From Rhizaria sp. SCN 62-66 (Eukaryota), in the NCBI GenBank assembly GCA_001724265.1, contig MEDY01000084.1, positions 1-64,000 on the forward strand: a stretch of DNA of 64,000 nucleotides, in the 5' to 3' direction. A model generated the notes under the pieces. It was not told the origin of the DNA and made no database searches. It worked only from the letters and a program-made list of their open reading frames with translations. Of this stretch, positions 1-11,846 are shown piece by piece. Every line of letters starts with the position of its first letter. The stretch's first letter is position 1. The position numbers and the translations under genes were made by a program.

Positions 1-1218
1 CGTGATGTCATGATGGGTGCCTAATCAAAGCGCGACATGCGAAACAATGCAACTGGTTGCGAAGGTGAGAGAGGCAAAGGATGACCTCAGGAAAAGTGGT
101 CGGTCGCAACCCAAAGGGACGCATCTGTTGTCGGCTGTAACAGCATCTTAAGGCGAAATAAACAGAATATAGCAAGGGCATTGGCTTACCCCCATAGTAC
201 TTTACAAGAATGTTCTCTGATGTTGGCAATGGCGCGGTAATAACATTTTGGTGAAGCTCGTCTCGACATAAGTAAGATCTGGAGGCATGACCAGTCAGAA
301 GTTGGACTGTTAATGTCAATGACAGCCAGGGTCATTTTTTTTTTTGGCAATTTGAAGGTATATACACTTTTTGGTGAATATGAAACTCGTTTTTAATTCT
401 GGTCGCTTTTTGCAATTTGAATTTCTGTGTTTAAGTTTCGATTCTGCACCTACCTTAGCCATAACCAATCGTCTTGAAGCCAGTTTCTGAAAGCGTAACT
501 TCAGAGTCCCAGTCGGGGCACTTAAAATGAGGATAGATTTGTGAAATTTGTAAATATATAAAAATAACTTTGCTGATTTACTATAAGTGACACCACGTTA
601 AGAAAAGCAAGATTTATCATTACGTTGGTGCCCAATGGTCCACTTGCCTGCCACCCAGATTTTTGGCATAAAAACGCTTATAAGCACACAAAAACCGTTC
701 TTGCCACGTTTTGCACATAGGCTTTGACCTTCCAGTGCACCGTACATCCCTTATGATGATCATCTCACGCCGCTGGCGCCGACGGCGCCTGCACTTCCTG
801 TAAGCTGGCCACAACTTTCTCGGGGCGCTGGATGACCGGGTTAAACATGTACATAAGGATAATTATAAAGGTATGATATTTTAAAACACTACTCAAATCG
901 ATAAATGCAGTTATAGTGTCAACTGACGGAAAAACCACAGATATCGGCGCCCTATTCAATCATGTTCATGACGATTTCGGGTGCGGTCCAGTATGCAGAC
1001 CAGCGTTGCCATTTGAGGCTAGACTGATTGGCGAATCTGCATACAGGGCATTGGTCAAGTTTTTCTCGAGGGATATGTGTGATTCCTTGTTCGTCTACGG
1101 CATTGCCATTTTGCATACCGTTTAAAATTGTATCATTATAGAATGAACGAAAATATTATATCTCAATTTTTCTTTTATGCACTCATTTCCGGCCTGGCGA
1201 TTTGAACTGAGACACAGG

Positions 1219-4200
1219 ATGAGTTCAAGCTTCCCACCCAAAACTGCTGGGCGTCGGGCTGACTCAACCGCTTCTTCGGCTTCTGCGACTGCCGCAGCGG
1301 CACGCAATACAGATTCTGTTTTGCTCTCCTGCGCCGCGACGCCCGTTGTTGCCGCTGGGCGGCGCGCAGGCCTGCCAGTTCGCTCCTCCCCTGCTCCAAA
1401 CAGTACGAACATCATGAGCAACGCTACGACCGCTGCAACTGCGACAGCAACCGCCCCCTCCATATCCCCGCCGCGGGGCCCAAGCGCCGCGCTGCCGCAC
1501 GTGCCCGTCGTGGCCCCACGCGCGCAGCTGCACGGCCGCCGCGCCGGCAGCAGCTCCGGTCTCCGCCCCCCCTCGCCATCCTCCTCGTCTGTCGTGCCGT
1601 TCGCTGATCCCACCAGCAGCGCGTCGAGCGGCTCCGCCGCGCCCGCGACCACTACGAGCGCTGCGGACCAGCCATCACCCGCGCTGCGCCCGCGCCCGCC
1701 CGCTGGCGCCGCGCCTGCGCCTGCTCGCCATAGCGCAGCGGCATCTGCAACAGCGGCCTCAACTGCGTATGGCCCCTCGGCGCCGGCCGCGGCGACAGCG
1801 TCCGCGCCCGCGTCTGCGTCTGCTTCTCACTCTCACTTTACGAACGCGAGCAACAACATCTCGTCGTCCTCATCGTCCGCGGCCAGGCGCGCCGCCGCTG
1901 CTGCGTCGTCGTCGTCGTCGTCGTCGTCGGTGGCGACTGCGCTGTCAGCGGCACTGCTGTCGTCCAACGCCTCAGACTCGGACTCGGCCTCAGCTTCCGT
2001 CTCTGACGACGACGACGGTGACACCGACGGCAGGGACAATGCCGCTGGCGCTGCGGCGGCGATGCCAGGAGCAGGCGCGCGGCCGCGCCCGCGGGCTAGG
2101 CTCGGTGGACTCTCCAACAACAGCAACATGAGCAACATGAGCAACACCAGTAGCAGCGCTGCCGTCGGCCTCGGCGGCGGCTTCGACGGCGAGTCGAGCG
2201 ACGGCAGCGCCGGCGGCGGCGGCAGCAGCGACGACGACGAGGTTGATGGCCACGATAGGGCGGAACTGCGCAGGCTGCACTTCGAGAGTCTCGTCGCCAT
2301 GTGGAAGAAACGCCGCAAGTACGTTGTGCGGAAGATAAGATTAGATAAGATAAGATATCATATCGACATTTAGCGAATTCAATAATGATTTTTTTTTGAA
2401 ATTAATTTATTTGTGCCATTAATTGATCAGGATTCACTTTGCTAACTCTTCGTATGCTTTTATTGTTTTTCTATCCCTTGCTTACCGCAGTCGCCGCAAG
2501 GCCCACAGCGGTTTCGCCCAGCTCCGCTTCCGCTGCCATCTGCGCAACACGCTGTTGGACGTGTTCCGCGCCAAGGGCTACCGCGAAACGGCCTCGGAGA
2601 CGGACTGGGACGTGGGCTGGGTCGGCCGCGACTGGATCCGCGCTGTCTACTGCAAAGTGCACCTCGACGCGCACCAGCGCGTGAACCACTACAGGAACTT
2701 CTTCGAGCTCACGCGGAAGGATATGCTGGTGAAGAATCTGAAGAAGCTGCGCAGGGCGTACGGCGCTGGGCCTCTATCAACCAATAATAACAGTAATCCT
2801 AACACCTACAACAACAACAGCAGCAGCAACAGCAACAACACTGGCTCTGCCGCTGCCAACGCCAACGCCAGCGCCAGCGGCGCCGGCGCGTCTGCTGCGA
2901 GCTCTAACGCGAGCGCGAGTGCGAGCGACTCTGTGACCGTGGAACAGGGCGGGAACCTGCTACTGGGCGCGTACGGACGCGACGACATGCGCATCGACTT
3001 CGTGCCAGACACGTACGTGCTGCCGGCCGAGTACTTGCTCTTTGTCGAGGCCTTCAAGCGCAGTGCAGCGCCGTCGTGGATTATGAAGCCAGTCGCGCGC
3101 TGCCAGGGCAAGGGCATCTTTCTCTTCGACAAGCTTAAGGCTGTCGTCGACTGGCGTCCCAGCAACGCCGGTGGTGGCGGCAGCGGCGGCGGCAGCGGCA
3201 CGGGCGCGGGCAGCGGCACGGGCGCGGCGGGCGGCGGCGCGGCGGGCGCGGGGACCGATGGCAGCGGCAGCAGCGGCGGCGGCAGCGGTGGCGGCGGCGG
3301 CGGAGACGGCGCAGGCGGCAGCGGCGCGGAGCGGTACGTTGTCCAGGAGTACTTATCGAACCCACTTTTGGTGGGCGGCAAGAAGTTCGACTGCCGCATT
3401 TACGTGCTAGTGCCATCATACGCCCCGCTCGAGGCGTGGATGTGCCGTGAGGGCTTCTGCCGCTTCTCCAGCACGCGTTTCAGCATGAAGGACATGAGCA
3501 ACAGCTACGTGCACCTGACCAACGTCGCCGTGCAAAAGAGTTCGGCTGAGTACGACGCCGACACGGGCGGCAAGTGGGATCTGCGGTCGTTGATGCTGTA
3601 CATCACGGCCAAGCACGGCGCGGCGCGCGCGGACCGACTGGGACATGAAATCAAGGCAGTGGTGGTCAAGAGCCTGTTGTCGGTGCAGCGCGTGATGATC
3701 AACGATGCCAACTCGTTCGCGCTCTACGGTTTTGACATTATGCTCGACGCGAACCTCAAGGTGTGGCTGATCGAGATCAACGCGTGCCCCTCGCTCTCGG
3801 CCAACACGCCGCACGACTACGACCTCAAGTTCGGCATGCTGTCGGACGCGCTGGCCGCTGTGGACCTCGAGGGCCGGCGCGCTGGCGGGTAGACGCAGGT
3901 TGGCGGCTGGGACTTGATCTACCGTAAGGGCGCCATGTGGCCGCTCGTCAACCCGGCAGAGGCCGCGGGCACGGCGTGGGCCGGGGTGGTCAACGCCGCA
4001 CCCACAGGACTCGACCCTGTCCTCTCACAGCCGCTTTCACATTCACAGGTGTTGGCGCTTGCGGGCGGTGGGCAACAACAGCAACAGCAGCAGCAGCAGC
4101 AGCAGGGCAAAGGCGGACTGCGGCGGCTGCCGACGCTGGGCGCTGCGGGCGGCGACAAGAGCGGCGCGGCAGCGACTGCAGGGGCGTCATCATCGTCGTC

Positions 4201-4618
4201 GTCATCGTCATCGGCGATGGCCGCGACGATGAACAGCTACATCAACAGCACCAGCGGCAGTGGCACCGGCGGAGGCAAGGCTTCGGCCGCGTCGGCTGCG
4301 CACGCCGCCGCCGCCACGGCCTTTGCTGCGATGACGGCCGCCGCGGGCGCGGGCGCAGGTCTGCCGCAGTTCGGGCGCGCGGAGACGACGTGTTTCTTGG
4401 GCGCGCACAACAACCGCGGGGACCAGCTGCGCAAGCTCTTCTCGCTCTGCGCTGAGGCCGCCGCGCAGGCCGCGGGGACGGGCGCGGACGCGTTCCAGAC
4501 CGCGGGCGCGGATGGTGACGGCGCAGCGGGCGCGGGCGCGGGCAGCGGCGCCGGAGCGGGGTCGAGGGGCGTGCCAGCAGTGGCTGCGGCGGCGCGCAGG
4601 CAGGCCGTCTTCAAGTGA
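1219..4618 (+). CDS. TTLL9: Tubulin polyglutamylase TTLL9-like; exons 1219-2318 and 2491-4618, with one in-frame TAG at 3890-3892
   Basis: TTL-family motifs QRVNHYRNFFELTRKDMLVKNLKK, DFVPDTYVLP, WIMKPVARCQGKGIFL, YVVQEYLSNPLLVGGKKFDCRIYVLV, HLTNVAVQK, FALYGFDIMLD, WLIEINACPSL. Intron 2319-2490 (GTACGT...CAG, branch-like GCTAAC at 2441) joins the two ORFs in frame (AA|T). Past the TAG the frame continues TQVGGWDLIY and LGAHNNRGDQLRKLF to TGA at 4616-4618. A small upstream exon (962/968-990, donor GTATGC at 991, acceptor 1217) would also be in frame but is unproven. Confidence 0.88.
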
Positions 4619-4975
4619 AGTAATGACATGTATATGATACCTATAGACTTTTGACGATTTATTTAGCATACAAAACCGACTGATTTAACACTAAATGTCT
4701 TGTTTGCAGATGAACTGCAATGTCTTCTTCTGGTTCAGTGAAGAGTTGTCATTTCACCACTCTTACATGATTTGAGGCATCCCATTAGAGCGCGCCAAGC
4801 AACTGAGGAAGTGCTCGTTCGAAAACCATTGCTTGCAAGTCAGGTCCATCGTCAAACGTAGCTTTTTTGGAATGACCAAAATTAAAATAATGAATAATTG
4901 TCAATAACAAAATTATATTTCCTAAATCCACGTTTCCATGCTATTAGATCTTGATTTCGTTGCGATTCGGCGGCA

Positions 4976-7900
4976 ATGCCTGACACCAAGGACGGCGTCG
5001 AGCCCGCACCCACAAGAGCGGGCTCTGCGGCTGTCCCCGTGGCACCCCCTGCTGCACCTGACATGCGCGCCTTGGCTGTTTTTGCGGCCCCTAAAGCTGG
5101 CACGTCTGAGGAAGACGCTGCACGTATTTCCGCGAAGATCTACGAGCTCTCGCGCAACTCGCCGTACTTCCAGAACCAGCTGCGCAAGGACCAGGAGGTC
5201 GACCGTAAGATCACGGCCATTATGAAGAAGCTGCGCGCCACCGAGGCCACGTGGCGCGCGCAGCCGCCTGCGATGGTTGCCGCGCTTGAACGCGGCGCTG
5301 TCCGTCGCATAGAGCGCCTTCGCGCAGCGCTGCGCGTTTGGTTTCGTGAGCCTGCTCACTCGACACAACCAACTGCGACTGCAACTGAACCTGCCCCCGC
5401 TGCGACTGCCGCGGATCTTTCAACGCCTGCTGTAGTTGGCAGTCCTGTGGTCGACGCCCCTCTCGACATATTATCGCTCTCTTCCCGCACTTTGATCGCG
5501 TTGCTCCACAGTCCAGTCTTCACAAACACAAACACGAGTGTCAACACGAATGCAAGCACTCACGACGGCGCTGGCATCACCGTCGCATGCGGCCCGCTGC
5601 CTCCCGCGTTCGTGCATGTTGACCTTGACAGTTTCTACGCCTCAGTCGCGGAGCTGGACAACCCGACGTTGCGCGGGCGTCCGTTGGCCGTGGGTGACAC
5701 GAGTATGATCTCCACCTCGAGCTACGCCGCGCGCCGCTTCGGCGTCCGCAGCGCCATGCCCGGCTTCATTGGCCGCGCGCTGTGTCCCGAGCTGGTTTTT
5801 GTGCCGCTCGACTTCCCGCGCTACCGCGCGCTGGCAGCCAAGTACCGCGCCGAGTTCCGTCGGTTCGACCCGCGGTGCGCGCCGTCGTTCCTCGACGAGG
5901 CGTCGCTCGACGTCGCGCCTGTTGCCGCGGCGAGGGCGCTTGCCGCCGTGCTGATTGCGCTGGACGCAGCGCTAAACAGGGAGAGTAAACAGGCGGCGCG
6001 CAGTGATGATACGGAGACTGAGACTGATAAGACTGAGACTCGGAGCACTGCGACAACGCTGCCGACGTGGCTTCCTGAAGTTCTTGCTGCGTTCAAAACA
6101 ACAACAACACTACCACCAGCAACAATCCCTAGCACGCAACAGCAACAGCAACATGGACAGCGAAATGGCCAACAAGTGTCTCCCTTAGCTGTTTTCGTCG
6201 ACTGGACGCACATTGTGAGCACCGTCGCGGCCGACATCCGTGCCCGCGTATTTGCCAGCTCTGGCCTCACCTGCTCCGCGGGTATCGGCGGCACGCGTAT
6301 GGCCGCCAAAGTCGCCTCTGACGCTAACAAGCCTAACGGCCAGGCCACGGTCCCTCTCACCTCGGCCGCCACGGAGGCGTTTTTTGCCACGCTGCCTGTG
6401 CGCAAAGTGCCCGGCTTCGGCCGCGTGAGCGAGAAGCTGCTGCGCGCGCTGGGTGTCGAGCGCTGCGGCGAGCTGCTTGCGCCACGGACCGCGCTGCGGG
6501 TTGCCGTGGCGTTCAGCGAAGGCACGGCTGCGCACGCGATGCGGGTCGCCACAGGTGTGGCGTCGACGAGCGCCGGCAGAACATCGACTGTGACGGCTGC
6601 AGCAGCGGCAGCGACGGCGGCGGCGACAACAGCGGCCGCGGAGGCGGCGGCGGGCGGCGGCGAGAGTAACGGCAGCATGGGGCTGTGGGGGGACGGCGAC
6701 GAGGGCGACACTGCGCCGCCGCTGGACTGCGCTGTAGTTGCACCGCATATTAAAAACAAGAGCTGCAATCACAACGCGAACAAGAACTGTGACGGCGACT
6801 GCGGCCAAGACCAGCGTTTATTGGTGCGCGTGCGTGTTAGGGGCTCTGAGCAGGTGCGCTCTGCACTGGCGGCAGTGCCAGCGCGCGCTGCGGCGGCTGC
6901 GGGGCTTTTGTTGGAATTAGTGAGTGTGACCGGCACAGTTTATACCGATGATGATGACGACGATGGAGACGACAATAGTGGTGATGACAACAATGACGAC
7001 GATGACGCTGAGGACGACGATGAGGATGAACGCTCCTTCCAGTCGACAACGACTGTCAGCGATTCATCTTCTTCTAAGCGCCCGACTTCTGCGTCCTCAG
7101 TCGCTGCTGCAGCGTTATTGCCCCCCTTGCCACCATTGGACCTTTCCCGCCCGCATTTGCTCCCACTATCCGTGATCCGCGACCGCAAATCGCTGTCGAA
7201 CGAGCGCACCTTTGCCCCGCTGGCAACGCTCCTCGCGTTGCGGCGCCGGTTGCGGGCCGTGGCGGCGCTTGCGGCCGGCGGGCTCCTGCGGCGGCGCCTC
7301 GCGGCCGGCACGCTCACGGTGAAGCTCAAGTTCGCGAACTTCGAGACGACGCAGCGCACGGCCAGTCTTGCGCCCGCGGCCGCGGCGGGCCGGCGCGCGT
7401 TGCTGACTGGGATGCTCGACGGGCTTAAGGCGCTCGTGCCGCAACCTCTCGCTGCAGCAGAGCAGGAGCAACAACAACAAGTCGAACAACAGCAACATCA
7501 AGGTAGACAGCACGGCGGTGAGGTGCCGTCCTCTGACGGTGCTGCTCAGAAGAATGAGAGCAAAACTGCAGATGCGAGCGAAGAGTTGGAGTGGCCATGG
7601 CACTGGTCGTCCGCGCCGCCGCTTATTGTCAGTGCCGACGGTTCAACCACAGCATTAGCGGCAGCAACTGTGTCTTCATCTGCGACCGCGGGGGCCGGGG
7701 GCGGCGCGACACTTTCGCTCTCTCGCCCCCTGTGGACACCGGCGGATGTGTGCGCAGTCGCGGACGCGCTCCTCGTCGACGCGTACGAGGCGTACACTCG
7801 CACGACATACAACAACAACAACAACAACAACAGTACTCACGGCTACCCCGCCGCAGCCGGCGCAGCCGCCGCAGGCCGCGGCTTCTCCCTGCGACTAATG

Positions 7901-9466
7901 GGCGTGCGCGCGTCGACGCTGTACGCGGTGCCAGAAGCACTCGCAGTGCGCGCGGACAGGTTCGCGCCGACTGCAGAGCCGAGCGCAGCGCCGCTGCCTC
8001 TGTGGCGACTGATCGCGCCCCCTGCTAACACGAACGGCGCTAGCTCGAACACGAGTGCGGGCCTTGGATCGAGTCGCAAGAGCAATGGACACGGCATGGT
8101 CGAGCTGGGCGCTAGTAGTGGCGACGACGATATTGACGACGACGCGATCGTGGTTGCGGGCAGCGATGACAGTGACAGCGACATTCTCGACATCGAAGAG
8201 ATCGACGCGGATGGGACGAGTAACGGTGCGTTTGCGTTTGCACTTGAGTCTGACGCACTTGACGCTCTTAGAGCTGGTGACGTTGACAGTGGCGAAGCAG
8301 CGACAGCGGCAGCTGCAGCAACAGCAGTACACTGTGATATGACGGGTGAAAGTGCTGTGGGTGGCGAGGAGGTCACGGTTGTGGATGACGGCGTTACTTC
8401 TGCTGCTGCTGTTGTTGATGTTGCTGCTGTAGGTACGACGGACTCCAGCACTTTTAGAGTGCAAACGAGCGGCGCAGCGACCACCACATTGGCGACAACG
8501 ATGGCAGATGATGCAGCGTTGACAGCGCCGTCTGGTGAGTCCGAGTCAGGTGTTTCCTTGGCAAATAGTGACACCACGATGGATGTAAATGTAAATAGCA
8601 ACATTCACGCTCCTGCTGCTAACGCGACAACAACTGCAACAGCTGCTGCTGACGGTAGCGACGATGCTGAAACCGCAACACTGCATACTCACAAGCGTCC
8701 GCGCACCGCTACACTTGCGAAGTCACACTCAACAGCAAAGCCGTCAGGCGCCGCAAGCGAGCATCAGCTGCGCCCGCGGCCCCAGTCGCAGTCTCCGCTG
8801 CTGCCGAGCGCCGCGGCGCTGCGCGTTGTCGCCCCGGCGCAGTGCGCAGATCTGGTCCCGCTGCCAGCGCCGGCCTCGGTCATGCTGCTTGTCCCTTACA
8901 CGCACAGCAAAGGTGCCGCGAGCTCTCGCGCGAACATGAGCGTTCACGCGAGTGACGCGAGTAAGAGCAACAACGGTAGCACTGTGAAGCCGCTCGCGCG
9001 CAGTGCCAACGCAGCGTTGGAGAGCGGCAACGCAGCGTTGAAGAGCGGCAGTGCGGCTGCCACCGCAGGGGCCGGGGCAGGGGCGCTGCTGAGGGACCGG
9101 TGGTGTATTGGCGTCGCTGCAGCGCACTGCCCGGTGTGCGGCCGCGCTCTGGCGCTGACGTCATCTGTTCTCAGTGGGTTCAGTACTGCCAGCAGCACCA
9201 CCTCGATCACTTCCGGCAATGACGGCCGCCAAACTGGTGCCATCAGTGGCCAAAGCAGTGCATGCGCAACAGCTGCGCCCCGTCACGCCGACGTTGACGC
9301 CGCAGTATTGCGATCGCAGGACCACTACGCACAGTCGCAGACGCACTCGCCAGCACATGCGCTGTTGCTGCAGCCGCAGCTTCAGCCACAGCGCGCAGTG
9401 CTGATGCGGCGACGGCGGGACGCTCTGTTAGCGCATATTATGGCCGGCTGTGAAGGGCAGCTTTGA
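4976..9466 (+). CDS. POLK: Y-family DNA polymerase kappa (DinB-like), single exon, expanded by low-complexity insertions
   Basis: N-clasp-like KAG...KIYELSRNSPYF; catalytic HVDLDSFYASV, STSSYAARRFGVRSAMPGF and LDEA; TCSAGIG..MAAKVASDANKPNGQ; LPVRKVPGFGRV; little-finger RKSLSNERTF, TLTVKLKFANFET, LRLMGVR; C-terminal CPVC...H.C. Confidence 0.92.
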   Translation: MPDTKDGVEPAPTRAGSAAVPVAPPAAPDMRALAVFAAPKAGTSEEDAARISAKIYELSRNSPYFQNQLRKDQEVDRKITAIMKKLRATEATWRAQPPAMVAALERGAVRRIERLRAALRVWFREPAHSTQPTATATEPAPAATAADLSTPAVVGSPVVDAPLDILSLSSRTLIALLHSPVFTNTNTSVNTNASTHDGAGITVACGPLPPAFVHVDLDSFYASVAELDNPTLRGRPLAVGDTSMISTSSYAARRFGVRSAMPGFIGRALCPELVFVPLDFPRYRALAAKYRAEFRRFDPRCAPSFLDEASLDVAPVAAARALAAVLIALDAALNRESKQAARSDDTETETDKTETRSTATTLPTWLPEVLAAFKTTTTLPPATIPSTQQQQQHGQRNGQQVSPLAVFVDWTHIVSTVAADIRARVFASSGLTCSAGIGGTRMAAKVASDANKPNGQATVPLTSAATEAFFATLPVRKVPGFGRVSEKLLRALGVERCGELLAPRTALRVAVAFSEGTAAHAMRVATGVASTSAGRTSTVTAAAAAATAAATTAAAEAAAGGGESNGSMGLWGDGDEGDTAPPLDCAVVAPHIKNKSCNHNANKNCDGDCGQDQRLLVRVRVRGSEQVRSALAAVPARAAAAAGLLLELVSVTGTVYTDDDDDDGDDNSGDDNNDDDDAEDDDEDERSFQSTTTVSDSSSSKRPTSASSVAAAALLPPLPPLDLSRPHLLPLSVIRDRKSLSNERTFAPLATLLALRRRLRAVAALAAGGLLRRRLAAGTLTVKLKFANFETTQRTASLAPAAAAGRRALLTGMLDGLKALVPQPLAAAEQEQQQQVEQQQHQGRQHGGEVPSSDGAAQKNESKTADASEELEWPWHWSSAPPLIVSADGSTTALAAATVSSSATAGAGGGATLSLSRPLWTPADVCAVADALLVDAYEAYTRTTYNNNNNNNSTHGYPAAAGAAAAGRGFSLRLMGVRASTLYAVPEALAVRADRFAPTAEPSAAPLPLWRLIAPPANTNGASSNTSAGLGSSRKSNGHGMVELGASSGDDDIDDDAIVVAGSDDSDSDILDIEEIDADGTSNGAFAFALESDALDALRAGDVDSGEAATAAAAATAVHCDMTGESAVGGEEVTVVDDGVTSAAAVVDVAAVGTTDSSTFRVQTSGAATTTLATTMADDAALTAPSGESESGVSLANSDTTMDVNVNSNIHAPAANATTTATAAADGSDDAETATLHTHKRPRTATLAKSHSTAKPSGAASEHQLRPRPQSQSPLLPSAAALRVVAPAQCADLVPLPAPASVMLLVPYTHSKGAASSRANMSVHASDASKSNNGSTVKPLARSANAALESGNAALKSGSAAATAGAGAGALLRDRWCIGVAAAHCPVCGRALALTSSVLSGFSTASSTTSITSGNDGRQTGAISGQSSACATAAPRHADVDAAVLRSQDHYAQSQTHSPAHALLLQPQLQPQRAVLMRRRRDALLAHIMAGCEGQL

Positions 9467-10120
9467 AGTCGCATGGACAGCTGAAATTGTCTCACCATGG
9501 TCTCTGTCTTATGCACCATGTAACAGAAGAGGCAGTTTTGCCGAATTTTCACAACACAGCGCCAGAGCATCAAACGAATGATCTGAGAAAACTTATCTAT
9601 ATATAGCACAATGGAATACAATAGCTTCAATGTTAAAACTGTTGATCGATAATTTGATGTCCACGTCACGTTTGTAAAGAAGGTTTGGTTATTATTGGTT
9701 TGTTTAATTTTGGTTTGTTTATTTTTGTTTGGGGAACTTTGAGAGGCAACTACGACAGCAGGAGTAGAAACAGAGGTATTAACGTTATCTGTTAGCAACA
9801 ATATCAAACGCGCGCTCACCATCACAGCCAATAGCACACAACCAAGGCAGTCTATTCACATTCTACTGCTACAAGTTGTTGCCGCCCGTCGGTAGCGGGG
9901 CACATGGCGTCGGTGGCTGTGGCTGCGCTTCACAGCAGCAGCACATCAGCTGGCGGAGGAAATAACAGGAACAAAACACGGACCATGGCGAGAATGAACG
10001 CATTTGATTCATACTGAGGGCAAAACACCCAGCAGTCGAGTCAGACTGTCAGTCCATCTCGTCTCTGAGATATGATGGATAATGGGGGACGCCCGGATCC
10101 AGCCAGCAGCAACAGAGCGC

Positions 10121-11096
10121 TTACTCGTCATCGCTCATGCCGCCCTTCTTGCCCGCGTCGGAGTCAAGCTTGACGGAGAAACCGGTGTAGGCAGACAGGA
10201 CGTCGATGGGCGCCTTGTGGTACGCCGAGGCCGGGATGGGGACGACGTCCTTGAGCTCTTTTGACACGGCCTTGGCGCGGGCCTCGAGCTTCTCGGTGTA
10301 GGCCGCGCGGAGCTTGTCCGCCTTCTCGGTGGGGAGACCCTTGAGGTGGCCCTCAAAGACGTTGCGGTCGACGACGACCTTGCCCTCGAGCAGGGCGGAG
10401 AGGGCGTCGACGCCATTCTTGCCACTGATGGCGGCGCTGAGAATATCCTTGTCCTTGTAGGTGGCGGCGGAGTTCGCGCCGGCCTTGAGGAGCTCGGTAA
10501 TAATGCCGGCGTGGCCGTCCTCACAAGCGCGGAAGAGAGGGGTCTTGCCATCCTGCGAGTGTGAGAGAGAGCAGCGAGAGTGGATAAAGAGAGCAAACAG
10601 GACACATGGGGTTAGGGGATGAGAGGTGCGTTGACAAACGAGAGTTATGAGCAATAGGAAGAAGCAGATTCGGAAAATAATCAAATCAACTGCATAGAAA
10701 ATTGTCTTTTTAATCAGTTAAAAAGGAGAGATTCGCAGAGCATTGCGACTGACATGCACACAAAGGGCGGAAGTGCGGGCCAAAAGGTAATGTGGTGAGG
10801 GCGAGAAGGATAAGATGCGAACGTACGTTGTCGCCGATATTGGGGTCAGCGCCGAACTCCAGGAGGACCTGAACAGCGTCAAGGCGACCGCCCTCAACAC
10901 TCATAAGGAGGGCAGTGCGGCCCTTCTGTAAAAGATCGCGGGGGAAACGTGGAAAGAAAGGCAAAGTGAGGTTGAGTACGTCGGGAGGGCAAACATAGGT
11001 CTCAACATGGGAGGGCGAAAACAGGCGCAATAAACGTACCGACTCCTTCTCATTAAGAAACTTAAGAAAACGAGCGTTTTTAGCGGCAGCAGACAT
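10121..11096 (-). CDS. Small ankyrin-repeat protein (~195 aa); exons 11096-11040, 10925-10827, 10552-10121
   Basis: Ankyrin consensus KGRTALLMSVEGGRLDAVQVLLEFGADPN and DGKTPLFRACEDGHAGIITELLKAGAN. Both introns are phase 0 GTACGT...CAG. TAA stop. Confidence 0.82.
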
Positions 11097-11846
11097 TGTG
11101 ATTGTGGGACTTCGTTGAGTCTTCCAACGTCAACAGTCAAGAAATAAAACCGAGCTCACTGCTGAGGATCGCACCCACCACGAATCTATTTTGGCGACAG
11201 TAGCAACAAAAAGTGAGCAAGCACGGTCACTTCAAACAGCTCTGTCTTTTGGCCGGTATGAGAGAGACATGCAACGGTGCAGTGACGTGTTTTCTTCATA
11301 TCCTCCGTGCTAGTGAAAGTGTTGTGGAGTTTTCGGATGAACTGCGTCGTTTACTATCTATCTCTGTAATTATATCCTCAACCGCGCTTGTTTGTGCTAC
11401 GTATCACACGTTTGCTGCGACCTGTCCTCCATGCACGCGAGGTAGATTCAAACTCATGAGACTACACATCTCCAGCCAGGCCACAGTTTCTTAGTGCATC
11501 ATTACCTTGACATACCAGCAGAACGCCACATTTAAGTCATACCCTACTCACCAACAATACCCTGATTCATCTTTTTTCCCCCGCTGTGTCGCATCCGGTC
11601 TTGGTCGGCTCGTATCGTTTGTTCCTCCCCTCGCCTCATTCCCACACGCTCCACCACTTTACTCTCTGCGATTCACAGTTTCTCATTTTCCGTCAAGGCA
11701 CGCAGCCGCATTGTCAAACCATATTTGACCATCTGAGTTCTTCTGAACTTTGTCTCGCGTGGTTGCAGTCTTAAGGAGCACGAGAGGCCAACTCGAGTAA
11801 CAGCAGCCCAGTCGCCAGGTCTTTTAGTGAAGGTACTCGGAGCGCG

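Noticed and set aside
1-960. Short ORFs at the window start
   Set aside because: No recognisable motifs or coding-like codon bias; treated as intergenic.
2423-2490. ORF-track N-terminal extensions (also 43246-43398, 45413-45523, 54520-54731, 33701-33928)
   Set aside because: Pyrimidine-rich intron or UTR sequence read from TTG/GTG starts; splice signals and composition explain them.
3889-3898. GTAGACGCAG as a 10-nt micro-intron removing the TTLL9 TAG
   Set aside because: Removal shifts the frame, destroys VGGWDL and hits TGA within a few codons. The donor also does not fit GTAYGY.
1219-4618. TTLL9 as a decayed pseudogene
   Set aside because: Only one lesion; catalytic motifs, splice sites and downstream motifs are intact. 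A very recent nonsense allele remains possible.
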